The notes below the pieces were generated by a model that did not search any database, was not told where the DNA came from, and saw only the letters and a program-made list of their open reading frames with translations. Source: Selaginella moellendorffii (lineage: Eukaryota; Plantae; Lycopodiophyta). Taken from it: a stretch of 64,000 nucleotides of DNA. The position numbers were made by a program, and so were the translations under genes. The stretch's first letter is position 1; each line of letters begins with the position of its first letter. Location of the stretch: positions 62,001 through 126,000 of the forward strand of contig NW_003314407.1 in the NCBI RefSeq assembly GCF_000143415.4, in the 5' to 3' direction. This document shows, in pieces, positions 1-12,300 of this stretch.

Positions 1-784
1 TGTTCAAGAGCCGGCTCTAGTTCCCCCGGGAGATCGACTGGCCGATGCTCCCAGTCCAAGTGTGGGTGGCACTACCTACTTGGATACCTGGTGTGGCTCA
101 ACGGAACCCGCTCTAAGCCCATGGCTAGAGCACCCAAGGGTAGAAGGCGAGGAGAGTACCCAGGTGGCTCGCGTAAGGCCACGGTGTTCCGAAATGTTGT
201 CCCAAAGGCCCAGACTGTGGAAAGGAAGAGGAGCAGTCCTCTGGGGTAGTGACCAAGGACACAGTCGTGTTGTGAGGAAGTCCCAGAGGACCGTGGGACT
301 TAGTGGTCGGGCCTGTGGGTCTCGATCCAGTGGCAGTGTTGGCAAACACGGCCAGGGGCAGAAAGGGACTTAGTGGGGACTGACAGAGGGATATTGGGGA
401 AGGCTATTCCCCTTGTCGGTGGGCATCCTAAGGATGCTAAGGAGTGGATCTGAGATGACCACTCACGGATGGTTTGCCTAGTCTTGGAGAGCCAAGACGG
501 TGATGCAAGTGGTATTGGACTACCAGTGTGGCAAAGGTGATTGGGCATGGCCTTAGCGTAACGGGCTGCTATGTCGGTGGTACCTTTGAGTGTCGGTCAT
601 GGGATCGGACACGTGGTGCACTTGGACCAAGTGCAAATGTTGAGTGGCATGGATGCCATTCTCGGGGCTAGCAAGTCCCAAGTCCTGGATTGGACTTATG
701 GAGGTTGTGAATGAGACTCCTCCAACTGGTCAGAGGTGTGGTTAAGTGACTAAAGTAGAATGGAAAATTTAGTCGCTTACAATT

Positions 785-796
785 TGGTATCGGAGC
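785..796 (+). other. Primer binding site (tRNA-iMet) of element A
   Basis: TGGTATCGGAGC 3 nt after the LTR end; one mismatch to the canonical TGGTATCAGAGC. Confidence 0.85.
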
Positions 797-2340
797 TGTT
801 CCTTAGTCCGACTTTTATTGGTGCTCAAGTATATCACCACTAGTGTTGGCATCGGAAGGTCCAAGGAGTGGGCCTATCCTTGAGGAGTAGCAAGTCGGGA
901 AGACATAGCTCTCCATTACAGTTCATGTGTGAACTTGTAGACGAGGTGGTGGATAGAAAAGGGCCAATAATGGAACGACTTTGGGATCTTGGGAACAGTA
1001 TATGGTTTTCCTCAAAGAGTTGAGGATGTGATCCAGATGAGCGTTTGACTTAGCAAACTGGCTAATGTAGTTGTGGTAAACAACTACAGTTGGGATCACG
1101 GGAAAGATAAAGACTCCAAAGCAATAAAGGAGTCACAAGATTTTCCTCATATAGTTGAGGTTGGTGCTCATGAATGTGAGACCAGAAGTAATGACCGTGG
1201 GAGGTCAAATACGGAAGAGGACTCAAGTCCTTGAAAAGGTAGCCAGGGCTACCTCTAATAAATGCTGGAACAACCCAAGGAGTTGGGGGTGTATTAAGTG
1301 GATGAGTTGGTGTTCTCATCACATGGACAAGTAGTCCTAAGGGGCAAAGGTTGCCCCCAAAGAACAAAATCAGGTGTCGGAGTAACACTTGTGAAAATAG
1401 TCCTTTTGAGTAGGACAGGAATGCAAGAAGTGTATTCCAGTGAGCTAGTGCCTCACAAGTAGGACCTTATGGGTCTGTGGATTAACCAAGTCCAAAACTG
1501 CTGGATGACTCAAGTAGAGTCAACGGATGGTCCTAAAAGGACTAATGGAAGCATTTGGACTGTGGTGTGTTGTACCCCACAAAGGATGGGGGGGGATCAT
1601 AGGATCCAAGGATGAGAACAGAGGGTATCTCATCGATGGCAAAATGTGCCATGCTAAAGTTATGGGAAAGGTGTTCCCAGAAGAAAACAACTTTGACATA
1701 AAGTTGTGTGTGACCTCTATAGTGCAGTGCTAACGGATGGTTGGCATGAGAAAGAGCAGTGTTGGTCTTGGCAAAGACTTAGACACGAAGGGGAAATGTC
1801 ATAGAGGTAGGCTCGTGGAGCCGATGGTGTGGAGACACCAAATGTGCCAAGGTGTGATACCTTGAGGCTATGTTGGTGGGTTCATGAGAACCCCTTGCCA
1901 AAGGAATCCCAATGGAAATGGGAATAGCATAGCCTAAGCTGCAGAGCATGCAGTTGGAGTGTGGTGACCCAGATAATGATGGAGGTGTGAAAGCACCAAG
2001 CAATGAGTTGTAGGACTTGACAACTATGAAGCAACTAAGCAAAAGGTGCAAAATAACTGGTTAAACGGGTAGAAGGTAGCTACCCAAGACTTCTTAATAG
2101 CATAGGGAAGTTGGATATACCCTTACGGGGGATAAGTTGCTTGTGTTGCGATATAGTAAGTCAATGTCATAAAAGGAAATACTCATTGTCAAAAAAGCCA
2201 TCATTGGGACACCCGAACACTCTAGAACACCAGAAGATGGTGTTTGATGTCGCGAGGGCAATGGATAAAGCCCAAGGGACTAAGTCCCTAGCGAATGATG
2301 GATAGAAGGTGCTATCCAAATGTCCAAGGTTACGGAGACA

Positions 2341-2735
2341 GGAGTCCGAGGTGGACCCAAGATGGACCCGAAATGGAGTCCGAGATGGAGTCCGAGGTGG
2401 ACCCGAGATGGACCCGAAATGGAGTCCGAGATGGAGTCCGAGATGGACCCGAGATGGAGTCCGAGATGGAGTCCGAGGTGGACTCGAGATGGACCCGAAA
2501 TGGAGTCCGAGATGGAGTCCGAGATGGAGTCCGAGATGGACCCGAGATGGACCCGAGATGGAGTCCGAGATGGAGTCCGAGATGGAGTCCGAGATGGAGT
2601 CCGAAGTCGAGACCGAGACCGGGACCGAGACCGAGACCGAGACCGAGATCGGGACCGAGACCGAGCTCGAGCCCGAGTCCGAGTCCGAATCCGAGTCCGA
2701 GTCCGAGTCCGAGTCCGAGTCCGAGTCCGAGTCCG
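2341..2735. repeat. Hexamer/dodecamer tandem array in the element A 3' LTR region
   Basis: (GATGGAGTCCGA / GATGGACCCGA)n, then (GAGACC)n, then (GAGTCC)n. Confidence 0.95.
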
Positions 2736-3993
2736 GAGCCTGAGAGGGTGAAAGCCCAAAGCGTTCGTCTCCCAGACCCTGGGGGGTTTGGTGAGCTCCA
2801 AAAGTATAGTAGGGGGAGGACTGCAGTGGAGCCAGTTTGGCCAGGAAAGGCCAGTTTGGCCCAGGAAGGCCGGACCCAGTGTTGGGTGATGAGCTGCCCA
2901 CTGGGAAGTCCAAGACTAGAGTGAACACAGACCGACAAGCAGGGTAGCTTGGTGAAGTGTTCAAAAGCCGGCTCTAGTTCCCCCGGGAGATCGACTGGCC
3001 GATGCTCCCAGTCCAAGTGTGGGTGGCACTACCTACTTGGATACCTGGTGTGGCTCAACGGAACCCGCTCTAAGCCCATGGCTAGAGCACCCAAGGGTAG
3101 AAGGCGAGGAGAGTACCCAGGTGGCTCGCGTAAGGCCACGGTGTTCCGAAATGTTGTCCCAAAGGCCCAGACTGTGGAAAGGAAGAGGAGCAGTCCTCTG
3201 GGGTAGTGACCAAGGACACAGTCGTGTTGTGAGGAAGTCCCAGAGGACCGTGGGACTTAGTGGTCGAGCCTGTGGGTCTCGATCCAGTGGCAGTGTTGGC
3301 AAACACGGCCAGGGGCAGAAAGGGACTTAGTGGGGACTGACAGAGGGATATTGGGGAAGGCTATTCCCCTTGTCGGTGGGCATCCTAAGGATGCTAAGGA
3401 GTGGATCTGAGATGACCACTCACGGATGGTTTGCCTAGTCTTGGAGAGCCAAGACGGTGATGCAAGTGGTATTGGACTACCAGTGTGGCAAAGGTGATTG
3501 GGCATGGCCTTAGCGTAACGGGCTGCTATGTCGGTGGTACCTTTGAGTGTCGGTCATGGGATCGGACACGTGGTGCACTTGGACCAAGTGCAAATGTTGA
3601 GTGGCATGGATGCCATTCTCGGGGCTAGCAAGTCCCAAGTCCTGGATTGGACTTATGGAGGTTGTGAATGAGACTCCTCCAACTGGTCAGAGGTGTGGTT
3701 AAGTGACTAAAGTAGAATGGAAAATTTAGTCGCTTACAGTGGGGTGACTGGGAAGCGAATGTGGGGAGCTTGGTCTAGAGGGCATGCCTTCAAGATCTTC
3801 TCCTGCTCTTCCAGTAGCTCAAAAGGCTTATGGGAGGCCAGTCTGTTCCACTTGACTAAGCAGGCCTCCTCTTGATATCTAACATACTGACAAAAGTTGC
3901 ATCTAGATTCTGGGATCCTGATATAATTGCCTAACACTGCAATCTTTGCCAGGATTTTAGCTGAGGCTAACACAAAAACTTTGAGTCGGATGG

Positions 3994-5317
3994 TGTAGCG
4001 CACGTGGTTTTGACCCTTTATCCTATGGTGATTTACTATAGGATAACACCACGAAGCGAAACCTAAACCCTCTTTATGCCATGTGACACATGCCACGTGT
4101 TATATGCCACGTGTCCAAAGGACAGTGGTGCGGAACCCAAGGTTCAAGGCCTTGAGCCATTGAATAAAGTAACAGTGCCAAACTCCCAAGCATGGAGCCA
4201 AGGAGTGATAGAACCGAACCACAGAGCAACTCCCGAGCATACAGCCCAAGGAGCGAAGGGATAGGAGCCCGGAGCGGCTTGCAACAGCCCTAAAGTAGCC
4301 AGCATCCCAATGCTAGGACCAGCACACAAACTAGAGCCAAACGAAGTTTGGCGCTATTTCGGCATACCGGTGGCTTAATGCAAGGACATGGGTACTCCAC
4401 CAGCTAGCATGGAATGGAACTTGGGCTTAGACCCAAGCCGGACGCAGAACAAGGACAAGCATGCAAGCAGGAGCTAGACTATGCCTTAAGTTGGTCAGCC
4501 ATGCCCGACCTACCCACTATCCCTACTATACATTTGGAACCCCCCCCCACCCCCCCTCCCTTGAGGAACACACGCTTTGGGCTTTCATCCCAAGCCTCCC
4601 TTAGTATCAGGAGTTAGTCTCTGGGACAAGCTCGAAACTTACTAAATATGAAATGGCACTAGAATGCAAATTTTGACATGGGACGAACACCATTGTGCTC
4701 AGAACAATCTCTACATTCCGTTGATATGCCAAATAAGCAAATCTAGACACTTTCCATAAATAGCATTTAGGACCGAAATGAGACTAACACAAAGGGCATG
4801 ATAGCGAGGGTGTTTGGCAAACATGGTAAGTTATCATTTAGCGAATATTGAGGGACCAAGCTTAATATTGCAAGGGTTCCCAACACTAGCAAGTGCAAGT
4901 CAATGAATGAGTTTCTCTAACTAGGTCAAGTATGCTTGACTAAATAGACACTTAGGAATTCCTTCTTTATGCTCATTTGGTCAAGTGCACACGCGAAGAC
5001 TAGTTTCCCAACTAGCTTAGGCGAAGACTAATAACGGGTCCAGCAATACCGACCTCCTGCCGTCATGGCAATAAGGAAAGAGTGTTCGTAAGGACTGGTT
5101 GACAGGTAACTTTCGATACCCGAAGTCACATTTGCGACACTCTCCCCCCCTAGGGAAGATCGACTTCCTTGTTGATGCATACTTGAGTCTAGAATACCGT
5201 CAAGGAAACAACTCTAGAAAAAGTTCATGGTAATCACACTATGTGAGAAATGCACCAACTTAAATGAGTTAGGTTAACCTCTTTGTCTAACGCGGATGCA
5301 CTACCAACTCAGACACC
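3994..5317 (-). mobile_element. Truncated copy of the element C family: 3' LTR (3994-5139), PPT and ~180 bp of internal sequence
   Basis: TGTAGCGCACGTGG...TTTGCGACA aligns with the LTRs at 15234-16383 and 21351-22489 but is more diverged; PPT complement CTCTCCCCCCC at 5140-5150; matches 16384-16563 up to 5317. Confidence 0.9.
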
Positions 5318-5624
5318 GCTATGTTGCTCCTTGTTTTGCATTTAGCTTGAGTCTAAGGCTAAGCTCCATACTACTCTAGTTGGTGGGTACTTATGAAACA
5401 CAAATCCTTAATCCCCAAAGTGGAGCCAAAAGTGTGCCACATAGTAGTGGTTAAAGTAGAAATCCAAAAAGTATAACATATTTGGACCAAAAGCTCCAAC
5501 TAAGTCAAAAGTGGGAGTGGAACTCTTAAAGAAGTGCTTGAGGAATGGGCATGAAACAATTGGTCTAAAAAGGGACACAAGAATGAATGATATATCGCAA
5601 TTGTTATAACATATAAAAGTGTCA

Positions 5625-5795
5625 GGATGAGTTTAAGATGGAGTCTGAGAAGGAATCCAAGATGGAGTCAAAGACGGAGTCTGAGAAGGAGTCCGAGATA
5701 GGGATCGAGACTAGGACCGAGACCAAGATCAAGTCCGAGTCTGAGTCCAAGTCTGAATCTGAATTCGAATCTAAATCCTAGGGTGAAAGCCCAAA
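5625..5795 (+). repeat. Decayed fragment of an A/D-type LTR hexamer array
   Basis: Degenerate GATGGAGTC/GAGTCC/GAGACC units ending GGGTGAAAGCCCAAA, as at 2746-2760. Confidence 0.7.
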
Positions 5796-5894
5796 CTGAC
5801 CTTGTTGGACCTGCTAGCTAACCGTTAATTGGAATGGTTGGCACTAGCACGAAAATCTGATTCATTGACAAACCATATTGCTAAAACATGGCTG

Positions 5895-6085
5895 ATATAA
5901 GCTTTTAAGTTTGGGCTTCCCAAAAAGTCACTTAACTTAGTACTATTCAAACCCAAAAACACTTAACCTTAAATATCTCAAAACCACCATTAACCAATTA
6001 GAAAAGAAGATGCATTTTTATTCATGGGCCCTTTTCCTTTATATTTAAACCCCACAGATCATCTCTTAAGTCATTCTTTTTTTGG
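5895..6085 (-). mobile_element. Degenerate Cassandra-type LTR
   Basis: Colinear with 14639-14832 (AGTACTATTCAAACCCAA, TTAACCAATTAGAAAAG, CATGGGCCCTTTTCCTTTATATTT). Confidence 0.7.
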
Positions 6086-8246
6086 CATGAGTGACTAATT
6101 AAATTGAGGTGGATAACTAGGCTAAACCAATTGGTTGATTGGGCTGGACAAACTAGTTGGCTGCTAGTAAGCTGGTAGCAAGTCTAGTTTACTAGTGCTA
6201 CTAACCAAGTAGACTGGGGTTGTTGACCAGGTTTGACTGGGCTAGGTTGCAGTGGAGTGGTGGGCAAGTTTGGTTTGTTGGCAAACCAAACTTACCCAGA
6301 TATGGTTGGCTAGCTTATACAAGTAACCAAGCTAGACGCATAATGTGAAAGGAGAAGGAAGAAGCAAGTAAAGAAAAAAATGGAATGTAGGAGGAAAATT
6401 AAGAAAAAAGGATATTAACTTTTGGTGGAATTGTGGTTCACTTAATTATCAATGGTGATGGTGATGGTGCGAGCTAGGGCACAAGTATGGTGTTGCAATG
6501 CTACAAGTGTGATGGCACAATAACACTATGGCATATTGGCACAATTGATCCAGCTTCCACACCAATCAAGGCAGCAAATCTTTTATTTATTGCTAACAAA
6601 TCTATTTATCAATGTGAGAGCTAGTGAATCTATGACAAAAATAATAGAATTAATCTTGGCATGGAATCTTAACAAGGATTTGGCTAGTTTCATATCATTC
6701 TTGTACTCATTCAAAGTTGGTGTTGCATAAGGGTGCTATTTCCTTCATCAATACAGAGGCATATGTGCTTTAGCACTTGGAGCTTCACATTTCAAACTCA
6801 CCAAACCCTCAAAAATACTCCAAACTTCAGTGGTGAAAATAGATGTTTAACTAGTGAGGAGTGGTTCCATGTTTACATTTGGGAGGTTCTGATGGATATG
6901 AAGGCATTTTTGAGGCTACACAGAGTTGTGCATGTTCCATTGCTTCACAACAAGCATAAAGTTCCTCGGTGCTAGGCAATAAGTATCCAGGTCTTCCATT
7001 ATGAGTATGGCTAGACATTGTGAGCAACAGATGCAAAGCTATGACTTCCCAATGTGGCAACTTACTCTTTTAGCATAGAGGTTGAGGACCACTACCATGA
7101 TGCAAGACAAGCTCTAGTACATAGTAGAGCATTCACCTTTCTTTAGTGAGGCTTAGGTATGACATAGTATATAAAACAAAATTTTGGCAATAGTTTTGCA
7201 GTGATTTATGTGCTAATAGTTTTGTATAGTGTATTATTATATCAATTATAACTATGATCTGTACTACATATTGTCACAACCTGTTCAAGACCTACATACT
7301 TTTATTTATTATATGGGCAATCCAGGGAATTTAACAATATACTCCAAGTAAACATTTAGAAAGGTTGTCATATGACACTTGTCCACCCTAAGTGTGAGTG
7401 CATGATAAAGCAAAATATCCTTTAGTTTAAATTACAGCCTTCCATATTGATTTAGAATGCTTTGTTCCAGAGGTGTAGTAGCTCCTATAAATTTAAGGAA
7501 ATCTCTTAGAACACAATTGTGTTTCTTTTGTGAGTATAGGGTTTTGGTAAACTTTATGGTTGTTTAGTGTCATGATATCTTTATCAGTAAGGGGTATATT
7601 GCAATAGCATGTATAAAATGTTTGGGTAAACATGCTCATCACCTTAACTTGCATTTGTTGGGTTGGAATAATCTTGCCAAACTATATGTAATCCAGTATC
7701 CATGTTTGTTTGTGATAGTGTAGACTATATACAAATTCCATGCACTTATATGTTTTTCAAGCCACAAGAAATCAGCATAAAGGACTATGGATATGCCAAG
7801 TATCCTTTATATCAATTAAGTGATACCACTCTATAGTTAGTATTATACTTTTGAAATACCAGGCCACTTTGCATTATATCTCTTTTAAAACATGTTCGAT
7901 GTGGTGCAAAGTTACTATCATTACTACAATAATACACTATAATTTTTTTTACCTAGTTATGAACTAATGAACCATGTATAAACACTCTCTAACAACCCTC
8001 TCATACATTTATCAAGTCCATCTGAATTTTATTATACTCCCCCACCCAATCACCCCATATGTGTTTCAATCACCCAAAATATACAATTGAGTATTCATAA
8101 TTACTTAATCTGCTTTTTTTTGTTGATACAAGCATGATTGTGACATAGTGGGTCTCTATAAAAACAAAAAAATATCAAAGGAATTATTTGTATGCTATTA
8201 AAATTTTTTTTTACTGATATCAATAATTCTATATAAATAGATGTCC

Positions 8247-8389
8247 CAAGGTTCTAACTTGCAATGCTCAGGCATTGGGGTGGCCAATAGCCCCCCATCT
8301 AGCCACTATGGTTATTTGTAGTAGAGTTGCTACCAATTAGTTGCAGTGATAAAATAGCCACCAAATTACCGGTTGAGTTTAGAACCTTG
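8247..8389. mobile_element. Putative MITE
   Basis: Perfect 11-bp TIR CAAGGTTCTAA / TTAGAACCTTG around ~120 bp with repeated TAGCC motifs; no TSD found. Confidence 0.45.
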
Positions 8390-8393
8390 CTAA

Positions 8394-9321
8394 TGTAAAC
8401 TCCTTGAATTTGGACTTCCCGGGAGGTCACTTAGCCCCAAGTATCCCAACACCCTTAACCAATTGAAAAAGGGGTGTTCATAGGCCCTTTCCTTCTATAT
8501 TTGAACCCCATGTATCATCTCTCGAGTTGTTCCCTTTGGTTGCTTACAATCCACCACGCTTCCCTGTAAGTTCACGCCCTCGTGAACGGAAGCTAAGAGT
8601 CGCAGCTCTCTCGCGAGCCTCGCTCTCTTGACACCCTATCCCTCAAGTCGTGGGCCCTTTCCTTCTATATTTGAACCCCATGGATCATCTCTCGAGTTGT
8701 TCCCTTTGGTTGCTTACAATCCACCACGCTTCCCTGCAAGTTCACGCCCTCGTGAATGGAAGCTAAGAGCCGCAGCTCTCTCGCGAGCCTCGCTCTCTTA
8801 ACACCCTATCCCTCAGGTCGAGCCCAGTGGGAGCAAACTAGACCAGCCAAATGTCAATCAACATATGGTGTGATTCCCCTAGCCAACCAACAGAGACGGA
8901 CTTGAGACTGCTCTGATACCAAATGTAAGCTCCTTGAATTTGGACTTCCTGGGAGATCACCCAACCCAGTACTATTCAAACCGAAAGACGCTTAACCCCA
9001 AGTATCCCAAAACCCTTAACCAATTAGAAAAGGGGGTGCACTCTTGTTCATGGGCCTTTTCCCTTTATATTTGAACCACATGGATTGTCTCTTGAGTCAT
9101 TCCTTTTGTTTGCTTACAATCCATCACGCTTCCCTACAAGTTCATGCTCTCGTGAACAAAAGCTGAGAGCCGTAGCTCTCCCAAGAGCCCCGCTCTCTTG
9201 ATATCCTACCCCTCGAGTCAAGCCCAGCAGGAGCAAATTGGACCAGCCAAATATCAATTAACATATGATGTGATTCCCCTAGCAAACCAATAGAGTCGGA
9301 CTTGAAACCCCTCTGATACCA
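8394..9321 (-). mobile_element. Tandem-array Cassandra-type TRIM with 5S rRNA-derived LTRs
   Basis: LTRs at 8394-8548 (internal deletion), 8651-8718 (partial, within a 170-bp duplication) and 8924-9118; ~200-bp internal domains; PBS complements at 8910-8921 and 9311-9321; PPT GGGAAGCGTGGTGGAT precedes each LTR on the minus strand; LTR contains a 5S internal-promoter-like segment. Confidence 0.9.
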
Positions 9322-9344
9322 GTTTAGGGTTTAGGGTTTAGGGT
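9322..9344 (+). repeat. Interstitial plant telomere repeat (TTTAGGG)3
   Basis: G(TTTAGGG)3T between the TRIM PBS and the gypsy LTR. Confidence 0.95.
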
Positions 9345-12300
9345 TGTAAGGAACCAACTCCCCGAGGTGTCATAGGCTAAAGGATCCCCAAAAGCATGAC
9401 TGAAATGACAAAGAGTTCATTGGATGGGACCGAGTCTGAGATGGAGTCCAAAACCAACTCTGAGACCAAGTTCCAGATAGAGTCCGGGATCGAGTCTGAG
9501 GCCGACTTAAAGACTGAGTTCAAGACCGAGTTCGAGACTAAGTTCGAGACAGAGTCTGAGATCCAAGATTGGGTCCAAGACTGAGTTCGAGGTTGAGTCC
9601 GAAGTCGAGTCCGAGATCGGGTCCGAGATCGAGTCTGAGATTGAGTTCGAGACTGAGTCCAAAATCGGGTCTGAGACTGAGTCTAAGTACTAATAGAGGT
9701 CAAGGGGTGAAAGTCCAAAGCATGCATCTCCCGGGGGGGGTTGCAGGGGGTTCCAAAAGTATAGTAGGGATAGTGAGGTCCAGGAATCAGTCTTGAAGGA
9801 ACTTTCCAGTGGTGCTTCCAAATTGACTTGAGGTTGAGACCGGGGCCGAGGGGCCTTGGGTGGGAGTGAGCATAGACTTGGGTGGTGCCGGAGGGGCCAC
9901 CCAAGGAAGTGCTCAAGAGCAGCTCCCACTCCCGAAAGGGAAACCGACTACAGTGCTCCCGGCTCATATGGAGTGGTGCCCCACTTGAGTACCTTATGGC
10001 TCATTGGTCCTCGCCCTTCCTAGGGGCTTGGGCCTTCCCTCCCTTCGGGATAAAAGTAGGGGGGGGGGGGGGGGGGTAGAGGTACCCATACCGGGCCGGG
10101 CCGTTAAGCCATGGTGTTTTGCCCCGGTGTCCCGAAGCAATTATTGCACCCAAGGCTTGGGATTTAGAGTGTCCCATGATCAAGTTTTGTTGTACCAAGG
10201 GTTGCTAGGAACCTAGAGGCTTGGTGTGCTTAGCTGCTTGTGCCTGTGGGGAGTGTAGCCAAACCTTAAGTCTAATCTAACCCGGGGAGGGGGATTGGGA
10301 GAGATTTGGGAATCCGTGGATGGATGTCTAACGCTTCGTTGCTCATGCAGTGAGTAGCTGAAACTAAGTAGAACCAAGTAGGAGCTGGTATAATAGGCGG
10401 GAACCTTGGTGAGGGAACTGAGCAAAAGCCAAGGCAATGTTAGTCAGATAGACAAGGTAAGCTAGCAAATTGGAAAGGAAAAATTTGTGGCTTACAATTT
10501 GGTATCAGAGCCTTTTCCTTAGTTCTAGCGAAGGATAGAGACGGATTGCTGGGAGATGGCAAATGCAAGAGTAAACGAACCAAGGCAGAGACAGAACCTC
10601 CGCCAGAGCTGGAGCTTCCGGTCGAACAAGAGGCTATGGATGAGGAATCCTTGTATGAGGAGGGCTCCAGTGATTAAACTTCCAAACAGGAGTCCGGTGG
10701 CGAGGTTCGGTCGTCCAAGGCTCGATTGGAAGTTCTAGAAGGACAATTGGTACAAACCAATACCCTGCTGGAGACTCTCGTACGCAAGCTAAAGTGTGAC
10801 TAGAAGCGAAAGAAAAAGCGAAAGACTACGAATGCTGGCAATGCAGAAAGTGTGGACCCTTTGGTAGGGACTGAGGCAAGACCAAACAAGGTCGAATAGA
10901 CCGAAGTGGAATCAGTCCCTCAGGCAGTTCCCAAGTACAAACCAAAGCCCCCACCGATTTTCAAGGGAGTGAGCAACTATAAGGTGGTGGAGGATTGGTT
11001 TTACGATATGGAGGACTACTTCCAAGCGTTACAGTTACCGAGCTCGGAGAAGGTCCCATGTGCAAAACCATACTTGGCAGATAATGCGAAGTCTTGGTGG
11101 AGAATGACAGAGGCCAACAAAGGACCGGTGGCCACTTGGGAAATGATGAAGGCGAGGATTCGTGCGACATACGTTCTTCAGAATGCTACTTTGCACCTAA
11201 GGGATGAGCTGAGTAGACTGAAGCAGATCGGAACCATTCAAGAGTATGTGAATGGATTTATGGCAAAGAGGATACTGGTCACGGATATGGGTGATATGGA
11301 TGCGTTCCATGCCTTCATATCATGCTTGCAAACCTGCGCTCACTGCGAGGTGATGCATTGGAACCCAACCAATTACAAAGAAGTGTTGGATGCGGCTATC
11401 AAGGTGCATTTTAACGATAACCTGCGAAAGGGGAACACGACGGGGTCGGGGTCCATGTTTAGCAAAAGGGCCAAACCAAGGGGAACATATAGCAAAGGGA
11501 AATTCAAGAAGAGCTTCTCTAAGAATGAGTCCTCGGGGTTTCGGAAAGGTAGATCCGATGGCTAGCGAGCGAGTACGTGGGGGAGTCAAGCAAAAAGAGA
11601 CAAACCCATGGATAAAAAGGGCAAGTTGGTTAGCAGCGTGGGAAACAACGTATGCTACAATTGCAGTAAAGTGGGACACTTCTCGAGGGAATGTCCCTAC
11701 CCAAAGAAGGCCAATATGGCCATTAAGTCGGGAAATCCAAACTGAGGTACGTGATCCAGTCCCTAACTCAAAGTTACTCATTATATAAACAACTTTGGTA
11801 CAGAGTCATTCGCAACATCTACTAGCCCTCTGAGGGAAGCTCGGAGGTAGCTTTGTTAAGATCCTTATTGACACGGGTGCTTCAAATAATTTTGTGGCTG
11901 CAGACATAATTCGGCAAGCTGGACTAACGGTGCAACGGCTGGGTGCATCAAGGATTATAAAGTTTGTTCAAGGCAGCCAAAGTACCAATGAGGTATTTCG
12001 ACAAGCGAGAATCGAAGTACGGATATGGAAAGTAGACATGGATTTCATAGTGTTGGACATGGCGGGATTTAACGTAATCTTTGGGATGGATTGGTTCAAT
12101 CGGTTCGTAGTAGCCCTGCATGGACAAGGTAGGAACCTTGTGGTATTAGCGAATGCCCAAGGAAGAAGATCTAGGGTGGAGGCCCAGGATCTAAAGGTAG
12201 GGCAATGCAAGGCCAAAGATTCCTGCCTAAACTTGGTGTCCACGAGAGGACAACTCACTAAAGGAACCAAGGTAGCATTTTTGTGCTTACTCTCGGTGAA

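Larger units (their letters stand above)
1..3738 (+). mobile_element. Non-autonomous LTR retroelement (LARD-like), element A; 5' LTR cut by window start
   Basis: 1-781 is a near-identical direct repeat of 2958-3738 (two substitutions seen); both end ...GTCGCTTACA; first copy is followed by a PBS; internal region has no recognisable gag-pol ORF. Start of the 3' LTR (~2100-2340) not pinned down. Confidence 0.85.

Noticed and set aside
2875-2915. TGGGTGA...CTGGGAAGTCC in the element A LTR, resembling 5S/Cassandra
   Set aside because: Only two short blocks with wrong spacing and no A-box; may be chance.
2167-3016. Overlapping ORFs with SD/ES/RT/GL dipeptide runs
   Set aside because: By-product of the stop-free hexamer array; no evidence of coding.
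3739-3993. Minus-strand CLVKWNRL resembling a chromodomain
   Set aside because: Single short motif, no supporting context.
6500-7100. Short ORFs possibly from a transposase or gene relic
   Set aside because: No recognisable motif.
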